DNA of 63,914 nucleotides, filler included, from Rhabdomonas costata (lineage: Eukaryota): NCBI GenBank assembly GCA_019059605.1. It is 50 parts of 50 records of this genome, joined end to end, with 100 filler letters (N's around TTAATTAATTAA, not from the genome) between each part and the next. Parts side by side here need not be neighbours in the genome. Positions count along the whole stretch, not along the records: positions 24,338 to 25,518 come from JAHMHO010024756.1; positions 25,619 to 26,799 come from JAHMHO010024757.1; positions 26,900 to 28,080 come from JAHMHO010024758.1; positions 28,181 to 29,361 come from JAHMHO010024759.1; positions 29,462 to 30,642 come from JAHMHO010024760.1; positions 30,743 to 31,923 come from JAHMHO010024761.1; positions 32,024 to 33,203 come from JAHMHO010024762.1; positions 33,304 to 34,480 come from JAHMHO010024763.1; 42 more parts are not named here. One strand, given 5' to 3'. Positions within the stretch are counted from its first letter, which is position 1; every line of letters starts with the position of its first letter. The notes under the pieces are model-generated. The model was not told the DNA's origin. It saw only the letters and a list, made by a program, of their open reading frames with translations, and searched no databases. The translations under genes were made by a program, and so were the position numbers. Below, piece by piece: positions 25,329 to 37,619 of the stretch.

Positions 25329-25399
25329 TCCCTACCTCCAGTTCCGAAAGCTGCATCCTTGATTTGCGCGCATGCAGCTTTCGGAACTGGAGGTAGGGA
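25329..25399. repeat. Perfect 28-bp inverted repeat with a 15-nt loop
   Basis: tccctacctccagttccgaaagctgcat / atgcagctttcggaactggaggtaggga. Confidence 0.9.
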
Positions 25400-26901
25400 G
25401 GGGGGGATGTTCTCACTCGCTGACACACTTACCAGCAGTCCGTTTCGGGGGAGAAAATGACGCTGGCTCTTGCAGAAACGCACTGCAATTGTGCTTAACA
25501 ATGTCGCTCAAAGCCAAANNNNNNNNNNNNNNNNNNNNNNNNNNNNNNNNNNNNNNNNNNNNTTAATTAATTAANNNNNNNNNNNNNNNNNNNNNNNNNN
25601 NNNNNNNNNNNNNNNNNNTGTGTTGGTGTTGTTGTTGTTGTTGTTGTTTGCAGCGTGGTAGACTCTGTATCCAGCTATTCGTTGTAACACCCAGTAGCGT
25701 TCTTCTGTTAATCAGGGCATTTTGTTTGCAGTAGAGGAGTCTGTACGCAGCCACGTGTGTGTATGTGTGTGCGGTTTGTTCAGCATAGCGCCCGTTTTGG
25801 ACCACCTCCGCATGTTCCACGAGGTGGGGAGGGAGTCGGTTGGTTGCCGACTTCCCGCGCTACATATTTCTGGGCTTTTCGCATGCGCGGCGCTGTTCAT
25901 CTCCTCCTGCTTTTCCCGTTGGAAGAAGTGGGCTTCGTTGGATTCGCCACATCACCGTTCTGTTTCTTTTTGTGCTGGGTTTTTCGTTGTCTTCTTTTTT
26001 TCTTTCCGCTACCCGCGAAACGCATCGTTGTGTGGTCTGCCAATGTGTGCGGGATTTTTGTAGTGCGCTCTTCGTCCGATTTCTTCTGTGGGCTTCTTGC
26101 GCGTCTGTTCTCCTGCGGCTGAGCCGAGTGCCGGAGTAGTTTTTGGCAGCTCGTCTCGCTGCCATCATTCCGCTTGAGGATGCGGAACTCACACGATAAA
26201 TAAAGACTCGAATTTTCGGCGGCGGTTAATTGACAGTTGAGGATCCGGCGAAACCCTTTTCATGTTTGAGCTGAAGGGAATAGGGCTGCCTCAAGTCAGA
26301 AAGGGGGAACGTTTGGACTTCGAGGGATGGGATGAAACCTAGCTTGCACAAGCACAACACTACACTGCTTCGGGTGCTCGCAAAAATGAGGATTTGGTGA
26401 AGGATCACACTTTCTTTTCAGTTAATATATGCATTGTATGTCAGGGTGAGGTCTGGCGAAAAGCTTTTTCTCGGTTCGCTGCAGTTGGGGGGCTGCTCCG
26501 CGAAAGACAGATTCCAGCAAGGCTACCGCATGATCCGGAGTAAACAGCACAATAGCATTTTAGGTATTCTCCCAGTGGTGGAACAAAACTTACAAGTTCC
26601 CTGCCTGCGCTTCCCCAACCCAAGAATTTGGTTCCAGAATGTTGTTGTGCCGTGTACTCCGCATCCCCCGGTATTTTCATTCGATGTTAAATGCGGGCTG
26701 CATCCCCAACTGGCGCCATAAAAAACTTTTTCTGTGGTGGAATACGTCCAATCCCTGGAGAATCATTGATGTATTGTAAAAGGAGAACTCTAATATGGGN
26801 NNNNNNNNNNNNNNNNNNNNNNNNNNNNNNNNNNNNNNNNNNNTTAATTAATTAANNNNNNNNNNNNNNNNNNNNNNNNNNNNNNNNNNNNNNNNNNNNT
26901 T

Positions 26902-27441
26902 TTGGTGTGGAACTTGGATACGGGCAAGTTGGAGCGTACCCTTAAGGGGCACACTAAAGCCGTTAGAGCGGTAGCCGTTACCTTGGACGGGAAGCGCGTT
27001 GTCAGCAGCAGTGATGACGAGACGATTAGGGTGTGGAACCTTGATACTGGTAAGTTGGTGCGCGTCCTTAAAGGTCGCTCGCTTTCCCATAGGGCTTTGG
27101 TAGTGAGCTCAAACGGGAAGCACTTTGTCAGCAGCAGTGACGATGAGACCATCAGGGTGTGGACTCTCGATGCCGGATATGAGTATTTGTGCCAGGGAGC
27201 AGCGAGTGATTTTCTCACTTTTGCATTGGTTGGCGGCGTTGGAAACTTCCGCTCTGCGCTTCATTTTATGACCTGCCCGCCGATAACCCTCGGGTACAAT
27301 ATCAACGGGATTTGGCATGTTCTCATTTCTGAAGACTCGGCGGCACCTCCTGTGCTTCGCAGAGCCAAATCTTATCCACCTCCACCGAACGCTTTTCGAG
27401 GCGATAAAAGAATGGAAATGGATATGTTCGATGATCTGTGA
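26902..27441 (+). CDS. WD40-repeat protein, C-terminal part with highly similar tandem repeats
   Basis: Two near-identical 42-aa units of the form VWNLDTGKL..LKGH..V.AV....DGK.VSSSDDETIR. Confidence 0.85.
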   Translation: MVWNLDTGKLERTLKGHTKAVRAVAVTLDGKRVVSSSDDETIRVWNLDTGKLVRVLKGRSLSHRALVVSSNGKHFVSSSDDETIRVWTLDAGYEYLCQGAASDFLTFALVGGVGNFRSALHFMTCPPITLGYNINGIWHVLISEDSAAPPVLRRAKSYPPPPNAFRGDKRMEMDMFDDL

Positions 27442-28633
27442 CAGAATGCTGGCCAAAGTGGCCATTGGTCCCTCTTTCTGTCGATTTTCATGGTGGACAC
27501 AAGGTTTTTGAAATTGTTCATCAACTTCTGCATGCTGTTGTGTTCCCATGATATCTGTGTGACTTTTGTACAATACTCTCTCCTCTCTCTCCTTTACGCG
27601 TTTACATGTGGAGGCGTTGCGGTTCTAATTGGTGCTCTTTTGCTTTTGATTTTGTGGATTCCTGTAAGCCTGGCTGGCTTGGCAAAGTTGAAGCGCACCC
27701 CTGTGGCCCGCAACTGTACAACAGTACGTTGATCAATCACCACACCACGGGATGAGGCCAACCCTGCAATCATGAACTTTGCACTCGGTACTACGTAGAT
27801 GGGATGGATAATCAGGATTAGGAGACATCGTTCTGCGAGTCGTCCCATGTCGATGTGTCCAGTTGGAGTCCCCATTGCGAGTGCTTGACCGCAGCATGAT
27901 TGTGGAGAACTTATTGTAGACCGTCTGGTAAAGTTGATATTGGCGCCCTCCATGTTACTGCAAAGGATGATACGCTACCTGATTGTGGTGGGGCGCTCAG
28001 GAGTTCAGCTCAGCGGAATGTTTTTTTACCGTTCATCTCGCACTGCGTAGTTTGATAGCCAACATTTTTCCCACCCCAACNNNNNNNNNNNNNNNNNNNN
28101 NNNNNNNNNNNNNNNNNNNNNNNNTTAATTAATTAANNNNNNNNNNNNNNNNNNNNNNNNNNNNNNNNNNNNNNNNNNNNGTGGTGTTGTCCGTGTGGCT
28201 TTTTTTGGAGTGGGTAAAAAAAGCCCCTTTTTTTACCCACTCCAAAAAAAGCCACACGGACAACAGCAGATCTGCCCACGTCGATTCAATGCCTGAATGT
28301 ACAGGTAGTGAAAACCACCAAACCACTCCCCCTCAGAAACTCATGACCACGACATCACGGCTCCGGGTCGGGGTCGGGTTCGGGAGAGTTTCAGGGGGCC
28401 TCCTTCTGACTGATTAAATCAGCCAGCCTGCCAGTACAATTTGCAGCGAGCTCTGGGGGCCTCTCCAACAAGACAGCTCGATCTCACGAAAACAGGTCCA
28501 TAAAATGGAAGCAAAGTAGCCGTGCGATCGGTGAGGTCAAACTTTGTGTTCGAAGAGTTCGAAGTCGGCGGGTGGGTGCACAATCTTGGTCCGCAACCAT
28601 ATTGAACAAGGCTGCTGCAGATATATGGAGGAG

Positions 28634-28816
28634 TTATGTTCGCTTTGGTTTCCCCGCAGAGGAGGCGGAGGCGGTGGCGGTGGAAGAGAGTTGGCGGCCC
28701 AGCGCAATCATCCCCAGCAAGGGGAAAACCAGCCACAATGAGACGGGCAGCACCCAGAACAGCAGCGCATCTTGGTAGCTGCAGTGGCGGGTGTACTTGA
28801 AATCTTCCAGGTACTC
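28634..28816 (-). CDS. EXPERA/emopamil-binding-protein-like membrane protein, last exon
   Basis: cctcag|EYLEDFKYTRHCSYQDALLFWVLPVSLWLVFPLLGM...stop resembles the EBP/EXPERA C-terminal transmembrane segment (W...LWLV.P). Confidence 0.55.
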   Translation of the reverse strand, partial: EYLEDFKYTRHCSYQDALLFWVLPVSLWLVFPLLGMIALGRQLSSTATASASSAGKPKRT

Positions 28817-29688
28817 CTGAGGATTCCCACACACATGCACACACCACACGCCGCCAAAAGGACACGCCGCGCCGAATGGAACCATGGAACCATGCATTTC
28901 GCAAGCTTGACCCCTCCCCAGATAAACTACTTTCTGCTTCCCTCACTTTCCCGACTCATGTCTCAGCGGCATCATAATTCTTCATAACCCGAACCCATTT
29001 CACCCCCTTCCCTACTTTCTTTCATCCCTTTGCCTTACGCATCAATAAATGCTGCACGTCTGGAAACCAAGACCACACCAGAAAAAGTGAACACCATCCT
29101 CACTGATCCACAGCTGCGACGTGATCTTTCTTCTGCGCAATCGATGCAAGCGGGAAAACGCTTTGTCAAACGAAGCAAACTGAACGCGCTTGTACGAGGA
29201 GCTCACACAAAGCTGACGACTGTTAGCAATTCAACCAAGAAAAAGAGAAAGGCACCAGGAAGAGAGGTCCACTTTTTCACTTGCACCTGCGGCTTGCGGT
29301 GGTGGTACTGAGGACGATATGAGTATTAGCAGCAGCATCACACCCATACACTCCCAACACANNNNNNNNNNNNNNNNNNNNNNNNNNNNNNNNNNNNNNN
29401 NNNNNTTAATTAATTAANNNNNNNNNNNNNNNNNNNNNNNNNNNNNNNNNNNNNNNNNNNNGTGTTGTTTGTAAGTAATATGCAGAATTTTATATAAATG
29501 GTTGCGTTAACATGCCGGGTATGGGGAAATAAGAACCCCACTCTACCATGTAGCATGCTCAACGGTCACCACATGTAACAGTCTGAAATTCAGCGATGGT
29601 GCTCATCTGAAAGCAATTTAATCTTTAAAAGCGTTTAATACACCCCCCCCCCCGCAAAAAGTGATGGTCTCGCTCGGAAGCCTCATAC

Positions 29689-30525
29689 TTGGCCAGCGTG
29701 CACAGCGCCAGCCCAAAGTCTCGGCCCAAGAAGGCCCTCACCGCGCACGTGTACAGGTCCGCAGCGGCGGCCTCCGCGGGCTCGACCTCCGCCGTGAACC
29801 CCAGCACCTCGTACACCTCCACGCCCTGGGTCTTGCCCTTCACCGCAACCCGACCCAGCAGCCGACACACAAACCTCGAGGAGACGTCGTCGCTGCGGTA
29901 CATCTGTAGAGGGGCGGTGTTTGAATTTCGTGCAGAAAGGTGGGGACTCCATGGCAAGCGTGGACCATCAGACTTATTTGAGCATCAATAGATGCCTGGG
30001 GATGGTGTGGCCTGCGCCCTTTGTTTGCAGAAAGAAAGACTCTTCAGTGCTGAGGCACAGATTATTACAACCTTGGCATCTTCAAAAGGCCATGCGACGC
30101 ATTTGCAGATGTACTAAACCCCTGAGCAGCTTCACTTCATCATTATACACTCCTTCTTCGTTTCGCTCCGCCAGAAGTCGTTGCGAATGCTTAAAGATGT
30201 CACGTTCAAAACCACAGGGGGTTCTACGAGGTGCCCGAGCACTGCGGACGCTTCGGTGCGAGTCGTCTTTGTGCTTTCAGCAAGAAGGGGATGGTGGCAC
30301 GCAGACCTGCGCTAACTGCCACACCCGTGTTGCAGCGCGTGCATGGTTATGCGATGGCAGAATGTTGTCACAGAACTCCTGTTGCGTCCCCTAGGTAGGG
30401 AGGGAGTAGCCTAATCTTCTAGTCCCTGAAACCCGAGCTTTGGGACACCTGCTCCGAGATCAGAATGGAGGTCCCGTACTTCTTATTGAGGCCTTCCAAG
30501 CGGGAAGCGAGGTTCACCGGGTCAC
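29689..30525 (-). CDS. Class III adenylate/guanylate cyclase, two exons (30525-30449; 29903-29689)
   Basis: GDPVNLASRLEGLNKKYGTSILISEQ|MYRS...RLLGRVAVKGKTQGVEVYEV with a GT-AG intron in phase 0. Confidence 0.93.
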
Positions 30526-30888
30526 CTAACGAAACCAAGAAGCATCCATTCAAACGGAGACAGCGAAGCCCATTCTCAGACATAAGTTGGCTTCCCGAGA
30601 AAAAACACCACAGCACCCACATCCCCGAAGAAAACCCACACANNNNNNNNNNNNNNNNNNNNNNNNNNNNNNNNNNNNNNNNNNNNTTAATTAATTAANN
30701 NNNNNNNNNNNNNNNNNNNNNNNNNNNNNNNNNNNNNNNNNNGTGGTGGGTGTGTTTGGTGGTGTTGGGACTCCAGGGCGCTGCAATCCATTGGAATGCT
30801 TTGCGACCCCCTTTTCTAGAAAAAGAAGAAAGGTCCATTAGGTATTCAGTAGCATTGGTAGACGGCGTTCCTATTTGAACAAAAAAAG

Positions 30889-31822
30889 GGTGAAAGTCCT
30901 TTGCCTTGTTGCCTTTGACGCGGAGACCGCGGCGGTGGTACGGGCTCTGATCGTCACCCTTTCCAAGGACCGCGACGCCCGAGTCCGTTTGGTGCGTGGA
31001 GTTGTGTGCATATTCGTCATGCTGAGTTTCTTCAGTTCTGTTGTCTCGCGTCTTCTTGCGGGTTTCAGAATAGAAAGAGTGAATAGGTGTGGAAGGTTGT
31101 GTCAAGACTACCCTTACCCTTTTCCGCGCGAGCGTTTAGAATTGTTAACGGTCGAAAATATGGTTTTGGTTGTTTGTCTGAACTCCCGGCCTTCCGCCGG
31201 AAGCCTTCCTAGCTTTTTAGACGGCCGGGTTTCATCACACCTGAAGTTTTTCTCTCGGGGTTTGCATAGGCTTGCTTGCAGGGCTTCCTGCTTCTCTTCC
31301 GAAAAGGTGTGTTTGCATGGGCGTATGTCTGCTTCCGTGTCCAAACTGACGTAGCGGACGTCTGGGATCTGCATATGCCTGCTTTTACCCGACCAAGCTA
31401 CCTAGTCACCGCTCAGTTTGAATATCCTATCGACTCAGCTGCAGACTACAAACGACTCCTCCGAGTTCTGAGTTCAATTACTGAGTTTAGAACCCGTGGC
31501 CAACTGTATCTTTGGGCAGTCATGGCGTCATGGCGTTTACATTTACACTTGGGTTGATGGCTACTCCTGCGGACCGGGGATACCCTCTTATACCTCTGTG
31601 ACACCGAAAACACCACATCTTTAGGATGGCGGGATTGCTGTGCGCTCTTTCTTGCCGTTTGAAAAGAGTTGCCTCCTTCACCTTCATACATCCTCAGCCA
31701 TCCTTTACACATCTGTTTCTGACGCTCCTCGCCCTTCAGGCCTTCTTGAGGGTGATTCTGAAGTCTTCACCGTGGCCTCTCGGGCACTCCTGGACAGAAG
31801 CGCTGACGTTCGGCAGCACGGC
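30889..31822 (+). CDS. HEAT-repeat protein exons (about 30889-30991; about 31740-31822)
   Basis: LSKDRDARVRL and ASRALLDRSADVRQH are HEAT-type D...VR motifs with splice-like boundaries. An intervening exon is unresolved. Confidence 0.4.
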
Positions 31823-33309
31823 GTGCTACTTCTGTGGTGCGCCTATTGTGTGGAAAAAATCGGGAGCGACACGAAAAATTATCCATTATCCAAGACGACA
31901 TCAACCCTGGCGTACCAACACCCNNNNNNNNNNNNNNNNNNNNNNNNNNNNNNNNNNNNNNNNNNNNTTAATTAATTAANNNNNNNNNNNNNNNNNNNNN
32001 NNNNNNNNNNNNNNNNNNNNNNNCTTAGGTTGGATGCGACCTGGGGGTTTATTTTCAGGGTGCGGTGTGCGGGGGGCTCTTTCGTCGAGGCTAGGTATTG
32101 TTGCATGTGAAATGGAGTTATTGACTGAAAACAACTGGAGAACGAGAGTGAAGGTATGTTGAAAAGTGGTCTGTTTCGTGTTTATATCAAGGCTTTTCGT
32201 CTAAATTTGGTTTTTTGGGGAACGCAAAACCAGGCAAAGGACGAAGAAACACGATTCCAATCTTGCGTGTTAAAAAGCACGGGAAAGTTTAGAGAAACCT
32301 GGATGACAGGGCAGTACTGAGGACGAATGGTCAAAACGGGAAGCGGCAGAGCCTCCTGAGCAACAGCAGTTCCTGTTTTGTGAAGGGATAATCGGGTTTA
32401 TCGTCGTGCATGCGCTTGAAGGGTGGATCCCCGCGCTGGATACAACTCGCCGTCCAAGTTTTCTGGACCGCTACCCTTGACAATGACGGCGGCCTCGCCC
32501 TCCGAAAACGGGCCGGTCAAACGTGACAATTTCCGCCTTCGTTGTCCGCGCCAGCATTTTTCGGGCCAAAATCGATAAGGGACCTTTTTTAAATCGTGAA
32601 ACATGCCCTCCATGTCTTGTCGACCGCTTTCGTCCCGTGCGCTTCCCGTTCTGACCAAATCGAGGGCATAAGCGGCGAGACGCGCCCAGCGGAACCCTTC
32701 CAAAGCCCGGTTGGTGTGGGCCCCAAAGGCCCAACAATTCGACCCCACCTGTGCCCAGAGCAGCCTTCCAGAACCACACGTGCATCCCCCTCCGCGCCAA
32801 TTGGCAGAAGGGGCGCCCCGAAAGTTTTCCAGATTCCAAACCGGCTTCGTGAAGGCCAGTGGTTGGCGCCCTCCCCTTATTTCAGAAAGGCGACGCTTGA
32901 GGAGCGCGCGCGCGCGGCGAAGAAGGGAAGCCACGGTTTATGGGCTGGATCGTTTTCTTTTCTGCCCTTCCCTGCGCCTCCGTACGCCGTTCCTACGTCT
33001 GCCCGCGCGCCTCTCCCAGAAGCCTCCCTTAAATTCGGCCCTTTTGTGCCTCTGTGCTTCTGCTCCTGGGAATTGCTTTTTTGTGTCAAAGTTTTGTGCT
33101 CGGTCTACCTTGCGCACGTAACATTGTGTATTGACATCGGGTGTAAGGAGCTATGTTTTCTCTGAGCGCGGCCGCGGCCGATCCCTTCCTTTCTCTTTCT
33201 TTTNNNNNNNNNNNNNNNNNNNNNNNNNNNNNNNNNNNNNNNNNNNNTTAATTAATTAANNNNNNNNNNNNNNNNNNNNNNNNNNNNNNNNNNNNNNNNN
33301 NNNTTTGTG

Positions 33310-33465
33310 GGGGGCAGAGATTGCGGACTTTGCTGCGGGAGCGCCGCACCGGTGCTCAAACGAGATCGTCACCGTGGTGGAGCCCTTCTCCACGCGCAGG
33401 CCAGGGAGGTGGGGGGCTTTCTCCAGGAGCTGCAGCACCTGGCACCCCACACAGCTCTCGGCCAT
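33310..33465 (-). CDS. First exon of a hypothetical protein
   Basis: A long pyrimidine tract and AG precede ccATG and a GC3-rich ORF, MAESCVGCQVLQLLEKAPHLPGLRVEKG... Confidence 0.45.
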
Positions 33466-35029
33466 GGCTTGATACGGAGAAGATGGGGTGGGCGGAGGAA
33501 AAGGGAACAAAAAAAACGAGGACAGACCCTGTGCAAGGGGCCCGACTATGGGCGAAAGCGGTGCCTTTGATCTGTTAAGAGATGTGTGAAGGTAGACGTA
33601 AAAAGCAAAGAGAACAGAGAGATGACGGCGATAATTGAAACCACAAGCGCAGAGCGCGCTTCTCCATTCTTCACACCAACTGACTCCTTTATGTTTTATT
33701 TGAAGGTTTCCGACTAAACACGAGAATCTGAACTGCAGGAACCAACGAAATTTGTTCTGACAGGCATAAATTCGAGCAAAAACAAAGCTAAAGCACTTAC
33801 AACGCTAGCAGGCACTCAAGAGCATTCGAAAAACATTTCCTCGTGACTTCCTTCACCTGTCCGCCGCGATAACACCCCATATGGGCACCGCAGCTATGTC
33901 ACGCAGCTCTTACTACCTGGAATGCTGTCTTACTGTAGGGCAATCTTACTACATACGCTCCTATGCTTTCGTGTACTCCATCATATTTACCAGAGTAGTG
34001 TCTTTCATCGGGTTTGGCATCTCACCTTGTAGCCTTCCTTGCGGGTTATGCGTTCTAAAGTTCTAAACTCAGGACTGGTGTCTGTGGCACTGAAAGGGAG
34101 TCGTGTGGCAATGAAAGGGATCCGGTTTCGCCTTCGGCTTCAAACTCCGCTGGGCTTGTATCTGACTCGGTATGGCGTTGGTGGTGGACTAGTAACTGGT
34201 TTGGGTTGGGTTGGATTTGTTTTGGGGTTGGAAGCATTGTGTGTTTGGGATATTGCTTTGTGTGTGTGGTGCTGGTGCTGTGTGTGGATATGGCATTTGA
34301 TGGTGTTGGATCGATGTCAAATGACTTTTTGGGTGTGTTGGGCGAAGATCAGGTGCCGCTGTCCCGTATAAAATAACGTCTTCTTGACATTGGGACATTC
34401 TCTCTGGGGCACCTTATATTCACATCTGCGCCAATCGTGCCGAACTGTGACACAAAACAGGCTCAGGAGGCTCAGAATCANNNNNNNNNNNNNNNNNNNN
34501 NNNNNNNNNNNNNNNNNNNNNNNNTTAATTAATTAANNNNNNNNNNNNNNNNNNNNNNNNNNNNNNNNNNNNNNNNNNNNAACGACTGATGCGGGGTAGG
34601 GCTTTATTGATGACAAACGGCCGCAGTCAATGCAGAAAAATGGTTGCCCATTGCAGCCGTTGTCTTGGTGATGGAAGTGATGGTTTGCAGGGAGGCTGAT
34701 ATCACTTCGGCGATAGAAGGCAGGATGCCTGGTGGGGCTACTGGTGTTGAGCTAGGACCAGTGTCAGGCTTACCGGCCGCTGATCTGGAGCGTTGCGCCG
34801 ATTGATATCAGCGGGCATGCCGTGTGTGAGCATGGTGTGGACATCGTCAGGCAGGGCTCCAGAACTAACGGGTTCCATGTCATGGTTTCGGTGATGGATC
34901 GCTGTCCGCGTCAGGCCCGCGCATGAGCCATGTACGCAGGAACCTCTGAGGCTGCTGGTAACCGCACAAAACCCCCTTCGAGCATTTGCTTCTGCACACA
35001 CAAAAAACCCTTCTGAAACAAATCTGCGC

Positions 35030-35480
35030 CTTCCACAAGTTCCTCCAGAAATTCTATCGATTTTGATCACATCTTTCCCATCCACCCTTTTTCTACCACG
35101 AAATTCTGTTTCCTGTTGTGCCACTTGGCAAGTCCCATTCTCCACCACTACCGTCAGATTTTATGGCAAATTCTTTCTCTCTCTCATTCTTCCATCATCC
35201 ATCTAGTGGGCCAAATCATGGATGGACAACGCACTACACTTGACACAACACAGTTCTTTGGACAAGATGTTTCTTTTCTTCACACTCGTGCTGCGCAGTG
35301 GCCACAACCCGCGCCTTGTTTCTAGTCCCTTTGCGTTGCATTGTGCTTTTCATCCCCTCATCCAATCATTGGCCCTGTTTTGTACAGTATTGCGTGTTTT
35401 CCCCCTGATAGGCTTCCAATTTATTAAAAATGCAGGTCTACCGCTGAAATTTGTTGGAAAATTTCCTTCACTGTTTTCCC
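35030..35480 (-). pseudogene. Possible degenerate non-LTR retrotransposon 3' region (CCHC zinc finger)
   Basis: Frameshifted, stop-riddled fragments CGHC..ECEEKKHLV..C followed by WW..GLAKWHNR resemble the C-terminus of LINE ORF2. Confidence 0.3.
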
Positions 35481-36642
35481 TAGTAACCATAGGGCTTTAG
35501 AATTAATCTACCTTTTTCTGGGGGTTTCTCTACGTACAGCGTACTCGTTTCGTTCTCATAGCAAATTCCTCGCATTGCAACCCCGATAATTAGAGGGAGG
35601 AGGGAGATGCAGAGCAACCGTAAAATCCAGCTTGGTCCCAGCATCCCAATTTGAAATTCGCACGAACAAAAAGGTCTCAAGGAAATCCCGCTCAGCTCAG
35701 GTGCACCGTGTTCAATCACACACACATGCACATTCAAGTCTGCATCCACCACCCCACACACNNNNNNNNNNNNNNNNNNNNNNNNNNNNNNNNNNNNNNN
35801 NNNNNTTAATTAATTAANNNNNNNNNNNNNNNNNNNNNNNNNNNNNNNNNNNNNNNNNNNNGGTGTGTGGGGTAAGGCAAACTCTGCGAGCTCAAGATGC
35901 GTCAATCCAATTTTAGGATCCTGGTGAGACCAAGCCCAAGCAAGAATTGCTGAACAACGGCTGGCACGTTGTATTGTTGCTGGTCATAATGACCTCAGAC
36001 AAGTGGGGCAGGTTAAGTTTAGGAGGCGGAGGGAAGTCCTCGACGGGGTCAAATGGAGCTATGCGGGTGGCAGCTGTCATGGCGCAGCCGTAATCAAACG
36101 GTCCACAGGGGAAATCGTTACTGTTGGTGATATTTAACCCTTGCCCCAAATTTTCTGCATACGGCAATGAGCCCATGAAGTGATGGCAACCTTTGGATTT
36201 CATTCAGCGCAATGGTGCAGGTAGAGACCTGGCGGGATTGGAGTACCGGAACCCCCCACCTTCCGGGCCAGACTCAGTCCGTCATTCTATTCAGTGGACG
36301 AATACTTTCCCACACAAAAAGCGTTTTACAAACTACACTGCAACATCAAACCTCACAGCACAGAGTGACGGTGAAAAGTTCAGTGGAAAACAGCCCACGG
36401 CACAGCACAATCCTCAGCAAGACGGCAATTTGTACACTATCTTTATGTAACATGCATAAGAACACGACTTCAGCAGAGCAGGCCGCCAAGAGGTAAGGCT
36501 TCTTCAATGCTTCCTACCACCCCTGAAACACATGCTCCGCAGTCGCAGAGCTGTTTCAGAAAGCGGAGTATCCCCGAAGGGCCTCCTCGTTCATCCGCTT
36601 CAGCGAGTTCTGGTACCCCAGCGAATCGGGGCTGAAGACCAG

Positions 36643-37042
36643 ATTTCTCGGAAGGACAGTCGGCAAGCTTGCTTGGGATGGAAGTTCGGCTGGATAAGCT
36701 ACTTCAGCGAATTTTCGTGAACATTTCCAACATCACTGTTAAGCTGAGCTTTCCGATTCCTCCCCAGGCAAGCGTCTCGGTTTCCCAAAAACTGACGGTG
36801 CTGCTCCACATTCCCTCTCTCACCCTTTTCGACCTTACGTCGCTGACCGCTGTCAATTCAACTTCCCCCTCTCTTCCCTCTTCATACAAGAAGCAGGCAT
36901 GTGTGGGCGCGGTCCTGATGCAGTTGTACCAGGAGGATACCTCTGCAGACTCGCACGGGAACCCCTTGCATGTTTACTCTCGCTACCTGCTCGGCACTGA
37001 CTATACCACACCTCTTGTGGTCACCTTTACCCTTTCCCAAAA
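36643..37042 (+). CDS. ATG2/VPS13-like lipid-transfer protein exon (partial)
   Basis: LGMEVRLDKLLQRIFVNISNITVKL...LLHIPSLTLFD resembles the ATG2 segment following chorein-N. The frame is open to the contig end. Confidence 0.5.
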
Positions 37043-37619
37043 NNNNNNNNNNNNNNNNNNNNNNNNNNNNNNNNNNNNNNNNNNNNTTAATTAATTAANN
37101 NNNNNNNNNNNNNNNNNNNNNNNNNNNNNNNNNNNNNNNNNNGTGTTGTGTTGGTGGGTGTGTTTGCGTCATTTTGATCATTTTCGGCTGCACACCATTG
37201 AGCTTAATTTTCCCAGCGTTCTTTTGTCCCTTCTGGCGAGCAAGCAGTATTTGTTTTCTTCCGACACTTGTGCTTTCCCGGGCTCACGCGCGCGCTGAAA
37301 CAGGTGAACACACCGCCACAGAGTCATGGTCAACGTGACCACTTGAGGAAGACTTTCGTTGTGCGGTAAGGCTTTCTTGGGAAAGGGAAAAATCAAACCG
37401 GGAGCAGTCACGTTTGAACACGGGCCCCTCTGTAAATCACAGTTTCACGAATGTTCTACACCCGACGAAGCTTCCGATGCATAGCGTTGCCACCAGTCTT
37501 TCCGAGGACAGTGCGCGTCCATTGCAAGGGTATTCACAGCGGTAAAAGCTGCAACTGAAAAGATCTTAGCCACTTATTCTTGGAGCATACGTGCGACACC
37601 GAAACGACACCCGAAAAGG

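Noticed and set aside
28181-28269. Long palindrome at a contig start
   Set aside because: The outer bases are G/T-only and mismatch the partner arm only there, indicating a fold-back artefact.
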